In this document: positions 9,458-18,138 of the stretch, one piece after another
Numbering within the stretch: position 1 is the first letter of the stretch
How the letters are laid out: every line of letters starts with the position of its first letter
Source: Alphaproteobacteria bacterium
GTDB taxonomy: Bacteria; Pseudomonadota; Alphaproteobacteria; Bin95
NCBI GenBank assembly: GCA_965205265.1
Contig: CBDBGH010000003.1
Span: 4,032,001-4,096,000 of the forward strand
Reading direction: 5' to 3'
DNA length: 64,000 nucleotides
Program-made: the position numbers and the translations under genes
The notes under the pieces: generated by a model
The model's input: the letters and a program-made list of their open reading frames with translations, nothing else
What the model was told of the DNA's origin: nothing
Database searches by the model: none

Positions 9458-11716
9458 TTGCCCCACTACGCACATAGCAGCGATCGGGACGAGTCGGAGT
9501 GGCATTCGCTGCGCGAGCATCTGATCGAAACCGGCGCACGAGCGTCCGGATTTCTCGAACCTGTGGGCTGTGGAGAGCTGGCGCAAACAGCCGGGCTCTT
9601 GCACGACCTCGGGAAATACAGCCGAGAATTTCAAGCACGACTGCGCGGCGGCCCTCCTTGCGACCATTCGACCGCGGGCGCCAGGGTTGCAATCGAAAGA
9701 TACGGAAATAGCGACGCGCGCAGAGCATCGCCCGGAAAGATGCTCGCCTTTGCAATTGCGGGTCACCATGCAGGCTTAGCCGATGGCGTAAACGGAACGG
9801 AGCCTCGGGCGCTGGCCGACCGACTGCAAGCCGTCATTCCGGAAATAGCCCCGGTATGGCAGCAGGACCTGAGCCTTCCCCAGCTTGCGCCGCCTCCGTT
9901 GAAACCGCGCGACAGGGAAATGGCCGGTTTCTGTGCGGCTTTCGCGACCCGCATGCTCTTCTCGGCGCTCGTGGACGCCGACTTTCTCGACACCGAAGCC
10001 TGGTATGCCGGTTGCGAAGGCCATCCGGCTTTACGTGGACATCATCCTCCGCTTGCCGGGCTTCTGGATCGTCTGGATGCCTATCTCAATGCGTTGATGG
10101 CGAGTGCTGACGATACCGAAGTTAACCGGGTGCGCTGTAGGGTTCTGGAGCGGGCCCGTGCGAAGGCGGCCGAAGCGCCGGGACTGTTCACCTTCACTGT
10201 GCCCACGGGCGGAGGAAAGACGCTTTCGTCGCTGGCCTTCGCCCTTGAGCATGCTGTGCGCCATGATCTGGCGCGTGTGATCTACGTCATTCCCTATACG
10301 AGCATCATCGACCAGACAACCCGCGTGTTCCGAGAAGCACTCGGAGCGGGAGACGGGGACCTGGCCGATTTTGTCGTCGAACATCACAGTGCTTTCGACG
10401 AAGAACGGGCCCGGAACCGGGAGGCCCGGGACAAGCTGCGGCTCGCCATGGAAAATTGGGATGCGCCGATAGTTGTCACCACCGCAGTCCAGTTCTTCGA
10501 GAGCCTGTTCTCCAACAGACCTTCCCGCTGCCGCAAGCTGCACAACATTGCGAACAGCATCGTCATCCTCGACGAAGCGCAGACTCTGCCCTTGGCATTG
10601 CTGCGGCCTTGCGTTGCCGCGCTCGATGAGCTTGTCCGGAACTGGAAGGCGAGCATCGTGCTGTGTACGGCCACCCAGCCGGCGCTCGCGGCGACGGACG
10701 GTTTCGTTGGTGGATTGACGGGATTGAGGGAGATTGCACCTGAACCGGCCGATCTGCATCGGCGTCTGCAACGCACCCGGATACGCCAGGAGGGAATGGT
10801 AACGGACGTGGAACTGGGCGAAAGGTTGTGCGCCGTGCCGCAATCGCTTTGCATCCTGAACACGCGCCGGCATGCGCGCGAACTCTTCGAAATGATCCGT
10901 CAGGCAACCGGAAGTGTTCATCTGAGCACCTTGATGTGCGCGGCGCACCGGGGCGAGGTGCTGCAAACAGTCCGCCACCGCCTTGCCGAAGGCGAAGCGG
11001 TGCGCCTGGTCGCCACGTCCCTGATCGAGGCGGGCGTCGATGTGGATTTTCCGGTTGTCTGGCGTGCAGAAGCCGGCCTCGAATCGATCGTGCAGGCTGC
11101 GGGTCGATGCAATCGGGAAGGCAAGGCGGCGCTGGGCGATGTCTTCGTGTTCGAGCCTGCAGAATCCGAGGGGCGGCGGCCTCCCGGCGACGTGTCCAAG
11201 CGAGCCGATGCCGCACGCCGTGTCATGCGGCATCGCGACGACCCGGCGATGCCGGAGGCGGTCCGCTCGTATTTTCAGGACGTGTACTGGATCGAAGGCG
11301 GTGGACTGGATCGGAAAGACATTCTCCGCGCTTTTCGTGAGCGCGCGAGGAGTTTCGATTTTCCCTTCGCAACCGTGGCCAGGGACTTCCGCATGATCGA
11401 AACGGGTATGGTCCCGATCATCGTTCCTTGCCGTTATGGCGCGCAATCACCGCCTAGGCTTCGAAGAGGAGACTGCCCCAGTGAGCCTGAATCCCGAGGA
11501 GAGAAACCCGGCCTACCGGCTCGGGCGCTTGTTTGCCGTTTACGAAGGGCTGCAGCGCTCAGCCCTCGGGAGCATCAACGCGACAATCAAGGATCGTTAT
11601 TTCGGGGCGGCATCGGCGACGCCGGCATCGGTTTTTCCCTTGCTGGAGCGGAATTCCGCTCATCATCTGTCCTCGTTGCGCAAGGGCGGCAAGGGCGGTC
11701 TTGCACATTGGTTTGA
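9458..11716 (+). CDS. cas3: type I-C Cas3 (HD nuclease + SF2 helicase); native C-terminus lost at about 11430 and replaced by an out-of-frame tail
   Basis: YAHS, LLHDLGK, LVDADFLDT, VPTGGGKT, DEAQ, TATQP, QAAGRCNREG; TTG start at 9458 after GGAGAG is inferred. Confidence 0.9.
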   Translation: MPHYAHSSDRDESEWHSLREHLIETGARASGFLEPVGCGELAQTAGLLHDLGKYSREFQARLRGGPPCDHSTAGARVAIERYGNSDARRASPGKMLAFAIAGHHAGLADGVNGTEPRALADRLQAVIPEIAPVWQQDLSLPQLAPPPLKPRDREMAGFCAAFATRMLFSALVDADFLDTEAWYAGCEGHPALRGHHPPLAGLLDRLDAYLNALMASADDTEVNRVRCRVLERARAKAAEAPGLFTFTVPTGGGKTLSSLAFALEHAVRHDLARVIYVIPYTSIIDQTTRVFREALGAGDGDLADFVVEHHSAFDEERARNREARDKLRLAMENWDAPIVVTTAVQFFESLFSNRPSRCRKLHNIANSIVILDEAQTLPLALLRPCVAALDELVRNWKASIVLCTATQPALAATDGFVGGLTGLREIAPEPADLHRRLQRTRIRQEGMVTDVELGERLCAVPQSLCILNTRRHARELFEMIRQATGSVHLSTLMCAAHRGEVLQTVRHRLAEGEAVRLVATSLIEAGVDVDFPVVWRAEAGLESIVQAAGRCNREGKAALGDVFVFEPAESEGRRPPGDVSKRADAARRVMRHRDDPAMPEAVRSYFQDVYWIEGGGLDRKDILRAFRERARSFDFPFATVARDFRMIETGMVPIIVPCRYGAQSPPRLRRGDCPSEPESRGEKPGLPARALVCRLRRAAALSPREHQRDNQGSLFRGGIGDAGIGFSLAGAEFRSSSVLVAQGRQGRSCTLV

Positions 11717-11891
11717 CGCCGAGATCGACGCCATTCTCTCGGGAGTCGATACGGCGTTCCCGCGCAGCTTCGGGATTGAAGACCAGGGACGGTTCGCTCT
11801 CGGCTACCACCATCAACGAGCGCAGAAGCAGCGCAATGCCGATCCTCAGGACGATTACCCCGAAAACCGCACCGAAGCGGAGGACCGATAA
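11481..11891 (+). CDS. cas11: Cas11c small subunit (3' remnant of cas8c)
   Basis: GAGGAG RBS then GTG AGC CTG; SL.P....PAYRLGRLFAV, INATIKDRYF..AS..P..VF..L, FP......QGRF.LGYHHQ = Cas8c C-terminal domain. Confidence 0.8.
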   Translation: MSLNPEERNPAYRLGRLFAVYEGLQRSALGSINATIKDRYFGAASATPASVFPLLERNSAHHLSSLRKGGKGGLAHWFDAEIDAILSGVDTAFPRSFGIEDQGRFALGYHHQRAQKQRNADPQDDYPENRTEAEDR

Positions 11892-12827
11892 GTGACTGCC
11901 ATCGAGAACCGTTACGATTTCGTCTATCTGTTCGACGTCGCCAACGGCAATCCGAACGGCGATCCGGATGCCGGCAATCTGCCTCGCCTCGATCCGGAGA
12001 CCAATCAGGGACTGGTCTCCGACGTTTCGCTGAAACGCAAGGTGCGCAACTACGTCGCTCTGGCGAAAGGGAACGAGGCAGGGCACGAAATTTTCGTCTC
12101 GGAGCGCGCCATCCTCGAACTCAAGCAAAAGCGCGCCTGGGACGCGGTGATTCCAGAAGCGACCGACAAGGACCGCGAGCGGCTGCCCAAGGACGAACGG
12201 AAGGCGCGCGAATTGACTCGCTGGATGTGCGCCAATTTCTTCGATATCCGGGCATTCGGGGCGGTCATGTCGACGAAGGGTGCCAATTGCGGCCAGGTCC
12301 GCGGCCCGGTGCAGTTCGCCTTTGCCCGTTCGATCGAACCGATCCTGCCCCTGGAGATATCCATCACCCGGATGGCGACCACCACGGCTGCCGATGCCGA
12401 CCGGCAAGGCGATATCCGCACGATGGGCCGCAAGCATATCGTGCCCTACGGCCTCTTTCGCGCTCATGGTTATGTTTCCGCCTGTCTGGCCGGAGACGGC
12501 GGCAAGGGTACCGGGTTCTCCGAGGACGATCTCGAACTGCTTTGGGAAGCGCTGGAGCGGATGTTCGACCACGACCGGTCGGCAGCCCGCGGCGAAATGG
12601 CGGCGCGGCGCCTGATTATCTTCCGCCACGAGAGCAAGCTCGGTAACGCGCCGGCTCACAGGCTGTTCGACCGGGTATCGGTGAAACGCGTTCATGACGG
12701 CGAAGAATACGAGCCGGGAGATCGGAGGACGCATAACCTGCCGCCCGCGCGGGCCTGGAGCGACTATGCCGTGCAGGTCGACGCTGGTGACATGCCTGCA
12801 GGAGTGGAGATCGTCGAGAGAATTTGA
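11892..12827 (+). CDS. cas7: type I-C Cas7 (Csd2)
   Basis: NRYDFV.LFDV.NGNPNGDPDAGNLPR.DPET, FFDIRAFGAVM, GQVRGPVQ, TMGRK.IVPYGL. Confidence 0.95.
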   Translation: MTAIENRYDFVYLFDVANGNPNGDPDAGNLPRLDPETNQGLVSDVSLKRKVRNYVALAKGNEAGHEIFVSERAILELKQKRAWDAVIPEATDKDRERLPKDERKARELTRWMCANFFDIRAFGAVMSTKGANCGQVRGPVQFAFARSIEPILPLEISITRMATTTAADADRQGDIRTMGRKHIVPYGLFRAHGYVSACLAGDGGKGTGFSEDDLELLWEALERMFDHDRSAARGEMAARRLIIFRHESKLGNAPAHRLFDRVSVKRVHDGEEYEPGDRRTHNLPPARAWSDYAVQVDAGDMPAGVEIVERI

Positions 12828-12830
12828 TCG

Positions 12831-13475
12831 ATGATGACGTCCCTCGATTTACCGATGGTTGCCGAGGACGACCTTGTTCCGATCTCGGCGCTCCAGCATA
12901 TGCTCTACTGTCCCAGGCAGTGCGCACTGATCCATGTCGAACGACATTGGCAAGAGAATGCCTATACAGCCGAAGGGCGCGTCCTGCATCGGCGGGTCGA
13001 TACCGGCGGCGGCGAGCAACGCAAGAGCATTCGGATAGAGCGCAGCGTGGCGCTGCGCTCGTTGCGCCTTGGCCTGTTCGGCATCGCCGATATTGTCGAG
13101 ATACATGCTGGTGGTACGCCTTATCCGATCGAATACAAGCGCGGGCGCCCGAAGGCGCACCGGGCCGACGAGGCGCAACTGTGCGCCCAGGCCCTCTGTC
13201 TGGAGGAGATGCTGGAAAGGTCGGTTGCGGAGGGCGCCCTGTTCTACGGCGCGGAGCGACGGCGAACGACAGTCTGCTTCAACGGCGAATTGCGGGCGCT
13301 TACCGAACGACTGGCCTCCGACACGCGCCGCATGATCGCGGCAAGCGAATTGCCCGATGCGGAATACAGTCTCAAGAAATGCACCGCATGTTCGCTGCAG
13401 GACGTGTGCCAGCCCCTACGCCCCCGCAAGCCGGGCAACGTGGATCTATGGCTGGCCCGGGCACTGGAAGAGTAG
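12831..13475 (+). CDS. cas4: Cas4
   Basis: ISALQH..YCPRQCAL, G.AD.VE, EYKRG, QLCAQALCLEEM, C..CSL...C.P; start could be 12855. Confidence 0.93.
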   Translation: MMTSLDLPMVAEDDLVPISALQHMLYCPRQCALIHVERHWQENAYTAEGRVLHRRVDTGGGEQRKSIRIERSVALRSLRLGLFGIADIVEIHAGGTPYPIEYKRGRPKAHRADEAQLCAQALCLEEMLERSVAEGALFYGAERRRTTVCFNGELRALTERLASDTRRMIAASELPDAEYSLKKCTACSLQDVCQPLRPRKPGNVDLWLARALEE

Positions 13476-13479
13476 TCCG

Positions 13480-14526
13480 CTGACCGTACGCCGTCACCTG
13501 AATACGCTCTACGTCTCTACCGAGAACGCCTGGCTCCGAAAGGACGGCGAGAATGTCGTCATCAGCATCGAAGACGCCGAACGCGGTCGTGCGCCCCTGC
13601 ACCTGTTGGGCGGCATCGTCTGCTTCGGAGCCGTCGGAGTGTCTCCGGCGTTGATGGGGCATTGCGCCGAACTGGGCGTGAAAATCTCGTTCATGGGCCG
13701 TAACGGCCGGTTCCTCGCCCGGGTCGAAGGACCCGTTTCCGGCAATGTGCTGTTGAGGCGGGCCCAGTATCGCATTGCGGACGACCCCGAAGCTGTCCTC
13801 GCCCTGGCGCGCAATCTGGTTGTCGGTAAGGTCTCGAACCAGCGCACCGTGCTTCACCGTGCGCTCCGGGACCATGCGGCGCGAATGACTCAAGAAGCGC
13901 AAAGCCGTCTGGAAGAGACCGCGCGCCGCCTGAAGGACGTTGTCCGCCGCGCCGTCCGCCCGGACTCGGCAGACGGTCTGCGCGGCCTCGAAGGAGAAGC
14001 TGCCCGTCTGTACTACGGGACTTTCGAATACCTCGTCAGGCGCGATGACACTGTGTTTGCTTTCCCGCGACGGTCCCGCCGTCCGCCGCTCGACCCCATG
14101 AACGCGCTGCTCTCGTTTCTGTATGCCCTTTTGGCGAACGACTGCCGCTCGACGCTGGAAACTACGGGATTGGACCCCGCGGTAGGATTTCTGCATCGGG
14201 AACGTCCCGGCCGTCCGAGCCTGGCTCTCGATCTCATGGAGGAGTTGCGTCCCGTCCTGGCGGACAGGGTAGCCCTGTCTCTGGTTAACCGTCGTCAACT
14301 GGGCTCGGCCGATTTCGAAACGGCGGTGAGTGGCGCTGTCTCCCTGTCGGATGACGCGCGCAAGGCTGTACTGACCGCCTACCAGGAGCGCAAGAGAACC
14401 GAACTGACGCACCCCTTCCTCAAGGAGAAGACAACCTTGGGTCTGACACCATTTATCCAGGCAACCCTGCTTGCCCGGCGATTGAGAGGCGATCTGGATG
14501 GCTATCCGCCGTTCGTCTGGAGGTAG
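13480..14526 (+). CDS. cas1: type I-C Cas1 (start codon non-canonical or uncertain)
   Basis: RRHLNTLYV, GNVLLRR.QY, LRG.EG.AA..Y, RRPPLDP.NALLSF.Y, GLDP.VGFLH..RPGRPSLALDLMEE. Confidence 0.93.
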   Translation: MTVRRHLNTLYVSTENAWLRKDGENVVISIEDAERGRAPLHLLGGIVCFGAVGVSPALMGHCAELGVKISFMGRNGRFLARVEGPVSGNVLLRRAQYRIADDPEAVLALARNLVVGKVSNQRTVLHRALRDHAARMTQEAQSRLEETARRLKDVVRRAVRPDSADGLRGLEGEAARLYYGTFEYLVRRDDTVFAFPRRSRRPPLDPMNALLSFLYALLANDCRSTLETTGLDPAVGFLHRERPGRPSLALDLMEELRPVLADRVALSLVNRRQLGSADFETAVSGAVSLSDDARKAVLTAYQERKRTELTHPFLKEKTTLGLTPFIQATLLARRLRGDLDGYPPFVWR

Positions 14527-14534
14527 GAACAGCA

Positions 14535-14825
14535 ATGCTGATGCTGGTCACCTATGATGTCGCGACCGGCGACGCGGCCGGCCGCCGCCGCCTCCGGCGT
14601 GTGGCGCGGCTCTGTCAGGACTTTGGACAACGGGTGCAGTATTCCGTGTTCGAGTGCCAGGTCGATGCCGCGCAGTGGACGGCGCTTCGGGCCCGGTTAC
14701 TCTCGGAGATAGACGAAAAAGCGGATAGTCTGCGCTTCTATCGGCTGGGCGCCAACTGGCGCGGGCGCGTCGAGCATATCGGCGCAAAGAACTCGTACGA
14801 TCCAGACGGCCCGATGATTTTCTGA
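14535..14825 (+). CDS. cas2: Cas2
   Basis: LVTYDV, RRLRRVA..C..FGQRVQYSVFEC, DSLRFY.LG. Confidence 0.95.
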   Translation: MLMLVTYDVATGDAAGRRRLRRVARLCQDFGQRVQYSVFECQVDAAQWTALRARLLSEIDEKADSLRFYRLGANWRGRVEHIGAKNSYDPDGPMIF

Positions 14826-15012
14826 CACCATGCAGCGCGAACCCCAAGCGAGCGTGAATTCCTCGGCGGGTTCGCGTTCGCCGCAACGTGTTGATTTCAT
14901 GCTACAGTTAGAAGCAGGCTTCAAGTGGAATCCAACCGTGCCCAGCCTTGGAACTCAGGTTCGCGGAAATGCTCGAATTCCGTGTTGTTTGACAACAGTA
15001 TAGATTGGCGAG
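14826..15012 (+). promoter_or_regulatory. CRISPR leader
   Basis: Between cas2 and repeat 1; AT-richer; GCGAACC...GGTTCGC inverted motifs. Confidence 0.75.
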
Positions 15013-15572
15013 GTCGCCCCCCGCGCGGGGGGCGCGGATTGAAACGGGTCCGACCCGCCCCTTGACCGGCGGGGCCTGGTCGCCCCCCGCGCGGGGGGCG
15101 CGGATTGAAACAGAAAACAGGACGGGCGGGACGCCCATCGCCGCCGTCGCCCCCCGCGCGGGGGGCGCGGATTGAAACGCGTAGCGCATGACATCGGCGG
15201 AAATCGTGCCGGTCGCCCCCCGCGCGGGGGGCGCGGATTGAAACCGTACACCGCTGAATTCGTGGCGAGCGCGATCTCGTCGCCCCCCGCGCGGGGGGCG
15301 CGGATTGAAACTCGCGGTATGACTCTCGAATTCGCGATGCAGATAGTCGCCCCCCGCGCGGGGGGCGCGGATTGAAACTGAAAGCATTCGGGATCGCTGA
15401 CGGCTTTGTGACGTCGCCCCCCGCGCGGGGGGCGCGGATTGAAACCCTTATTCAATCAGTGCGCACCGAGGGCGTCAAGTCGCCCCCCGCGCGGGGGTGC
15501 ACGTCCTGATTTTGCGAGGTTGAGAAATGCCATGGTTTCGCCACGATATCTGTTTCTTATATTTGGGGACAG

Positions 15573-16004
15573 ATGGAGGCGGACATGGCCAGGACCGATC
15601 ACGACGGCCTCGTCGAACAGCGTGGCGAGCTGCTGCGGGAGATTGCGGGCATCGGCGACCTCCGTCAGGGTTCGCTCAGGGCACAGTACCGCAAGTGCGG
15701 CAAACCGAACTGCCATTGCGCGGTCGAGGGGGCGCAGGGGCATGGCCCCTACTGGTTGTTGACTTGGCCGGACAGGGAGACAGGGAAGTCCCGCGGCCGC
15801 ACCGTTCCCGCCGACGCCATTGAGGGAACGCGGGCGCAGATCGCGGAATACCAGCGGCTTCGCGGTCTGGTGCGCGCGCTTGTCGAGGTCAGCGGCCGGA
15901 TATGCGATGCCAGGCTGGACGCGGACAAGCCGGCCGCGCCGGGAAAAAGGGGGGTCTCGACGCAGCGATCGCGGAGGAGGTCGAGGCCGAGGTCGAGTGG
16001 CTGA
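15573..16004 (+). CDS. IS ORF A, DUF6788-like Zn-ribbon protein
   Basis: GSL...YRKCGKPNCHC...GHGPYW motif. Confidence 0.75.
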   Translation: MEADMARTDHDGLVEQRGELLREIAGIGDLRQGSLRAQYRKCGKPNCHCAVEGAQGHGPYWLLTWPDRETGKSRGRTVPADAIEGTRAQIAEYQRLRGLVRALVEVSGRICDARLDADKPAAPGKRGVSTQRSRRRSRPRSSG

Positions 16005-17284
16005 TCGGCGCGGGCGTCGTCGATGACTTCCAGGCGATCGAGATCGAAGCGCGGCGGGTTGCGTTGCAGATCATGGGGCAGGCCGTCGCCCACAGGCTCA
16101 ATGCCGACCGTTCCGACAACCGGGGACCGTGGCTGTCGTGTGCGTGCGGCGGCGAGGCGCGCTTCGCCGGCCGCCGGCCCAAGACCTTCACCACCGCTCT
16201 CGGCCCTCTGACGCTGGAGCGCGCCTGGTATCACTGCGACCGTTGCCACCGCGGCTTCAGCCCGCGTGATCGAACCCTCGGCATGCAAGATACTTTCCTC
16301 TCACCGGCGGCGCTGCGCATGATCGGCGTTGCTGCTGCCCGTACCAGCTTCGAGGGCTCCAGCGCCCTGTTGCGCGAACTGGCAGGCCTGGCTGTCGCGC
16401 CGAAGACGGTCGAACGCCATGCCGAGGCGCTCGGGCGAGAGATCGCAGGCGACGAATGCCGCGTGATCGAACCCGAGCCGTCCGACGCCCCCACCCTCTA
16501 TCTCGGCCTCGACGGCACCGGCGTGCCGGCGCGCAAGACCGAGGTCGAGGGCCGCGCGGGCAAGCAGCCCGACGGCTCCGCCAGCACCCGCGAGGCCAAG
16601 CTCGCCGTCGTGTGGTCGGCGGAGACCGTCGACAGGGAGGGGCGTCCGGTGCGCGACCCCGGCTCCGCCACCTACAACGCCGCCATCGAATCCATCGCCA
16701 CCCGCGAGTTCGACCCCGAGCCCGCGCCCTTCGCCCGGCGTGTCATCCGCGAGGCCGAACGCCGCGGCTTCGACACGGCCGAGCGCCGGGTCATCCTCGG
16801 CGACGGCGCGCCGTGGATCTGGAACTTCGCCGATGAGCACTTCCCCGACGCCATCCAGATCGTCGACATCTTCCATGCCAAGGGCCACCTGTTCGACGCA
16901 GCCAAGGCGATCTACGGGACCGGCAGCGAGATCGGTGAGCGATGGGCCGGGAAGCGGCGCGAGGAACTCGACGAGGGCCGCGTCGACGAGGTGATCGCCG
17001 CCCTCAAGGGCCATGCCGAAACTTGCGAGAACGCCCGCAAGAACGCCGAGTATTTCACCAACAACCGCGAGCGCATGAACTACCCGAAGTTCCGCGCGAT
17101 GGGCTTGTGCGTGGCCAGCGGCGTGGTCGAGGGCGGCTGCAAGAACATCGTCGGCGCCCGCCTCAAGCAGGGAGGCATGCGCTGGACCGTCAACGGCGCC
17201 AACGCCATCATCGCCCTGCGCTGCGCCGTCGAGAGCAATCGCTTCGACGACTTCTGGGAACGACGAGCCGGCGCAATACCATGA
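15902..17284 (+). CDS. ISKra4-family DDE transposase
   Basis: C.CG...R.WYHC..C, LYLGLDGTGVP, REAKL, LGDGAPWIW, D.FHA..HL, SG.VEG.CK, RLK..GMRW. Confidence 0.88.
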   Translation: MRCQAGRGQAGRAGKKGGLDAAIAEEVEAEVEWLIGAGVVDDFQAIEIEARRVALQIMGQAVAHRLNADRSDNRGPWLSCACGGEARFAGRRPKTFTTALGPLTLERAWYHCDRCHRGFSPRDRTLGMQDTFLSPAALRMIGVAAARTSFEGSSALLRELAGLAVAPKTVERHAEALGREIAGDECRVIEPEPSDAPTLYLGLDGTGVPARKTEVEGRAGKQPDGSASTREAKLAVVWSAETVDREGRPVRDPGSATYNAAIESIATREFDPEPAPFARRVIREAERRGFDTAERRVILGDGAPWIWNFADEHFPDAIQIVDIFHAKGHLFDAAKAIYGTGSEIGERWAGKRREELDEGRVDEVIAALKGHAETCENARKNAEYFTNNRERMNYPKFRAMGLCVASGVVEGGCKNIVGARLKQGGMRWTVNGANAIIALRCAVESNRFDDFWERRAGAIP

Positions 17285-18138
17285 ATCTCACAAATGCGAC
17301 GTGCACCCCCCGCGCGGGGGGCGCGGATTGAAACGCCGATGACGATCACGGCGACATTGACGGCGGAAGGTCGCCCCCCGCGCGGGGGGCGCGGATTGAA
17401 ACGGGCGCGCCGCCCGGACAGCCGGTGCTGGCCATGTCGCCCCCCGCGCGGGGGGCGCGGATTGAAACCCCATGGCCAAGCGGCAGGAAACCCTCCTCAT
17501 GAGGTCGCCCCCCGCGCGGGGGGCGCGGATTGAAACATTTATACGCGCGATGGCGGGCGGTCGTGGAACCGGTCGCCCCCCGCGCGGGGGGCGCGGATTG
17601 AAACAGCCTCGATCAGCGCCGGGTGCTGGCGCAGGGGGTCGCCCCCCGCGCGGGGGGCGCGGATTGAAACATTGCCCAGCAGTGATCGGTGTGCGGAAAA
17701 CACCGGTCGCCCCCCGCGCGGGGGGCGCGGATTGAAACTGGTGCTGGAAACCGGCATCGATCCTGAGGCGCGTCGCCCCCCGCGCGGGGGGCGCGGATTG
17801 AAACGCTTTGCGTCCGGCGACGAATGCGGCGAATGGGAAAGTCGCCCCCCGCGCGGGGGGCGCGGATTGAAACGACACGACCATCTACGCCCGCCATCCG
17901 CTGTTTGGTCGCCCCCCGCGCGGGGGGCGCGGATTGAAACAGCCTCGATCAGCGCCGGGTGCTGGCGCAGGGGGTCGCCCCCCGCGCGGGGGGCGCGGAT
18001 TGAAACCTCCTTCCACGGGATATCCTCCCTGGAAGCTTTCGTCGCCCCCCGCGCGGGGGGCGCGGATTGAAACATGGGCCCCGGCGAGAAAATGGTGCTG
18101 CGGACTGGTCGCCCCCCGCGCGGGGGGCGCGGATTGAA

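Larger units (their letters stand above)
15495..17308 (+). mobile_element. ISKra4-like insertion sequence inside CRISPR repeat 8
   Basis: IRs GGGTGCACGTC...GACGTGCACCC; 9-bp direct repeat CCCGCGCGG at 15486-15494 and 17309-17317 (exact ends ambiguous within G/C runs). Confidence 0.85.
15013..18138 (+). CRISPR. type I-C CRISPR array: 33-bp repeat GTCGCCCCCCGCGCGGGGGGCGCGGATTGAAAC, 20 repeats and 19 spacers of 33-36 bp
   Basis: Repeat starts 15013, 15079, 15146, 15212, 15279, 15346, 15413, 15479 (split by IS), 17370, 17436, 17504, 17572, 17638, 17706, 17772, 17841, 17908, 17974, 18041, 18108 (cut by IS1380). Confidence 0.98.

Noticed and set aside
11430-11716. Novel Cas3 C-terminal domain
   Set aside because: It is an out-of-frame reading of cas8c/cas11 sequence after a deletion.
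14908-18137. ORFs with repeated SAPPARGA / SIRAPRAGGD peptides
   Set aside because: They are translations of CRISPR repeats.
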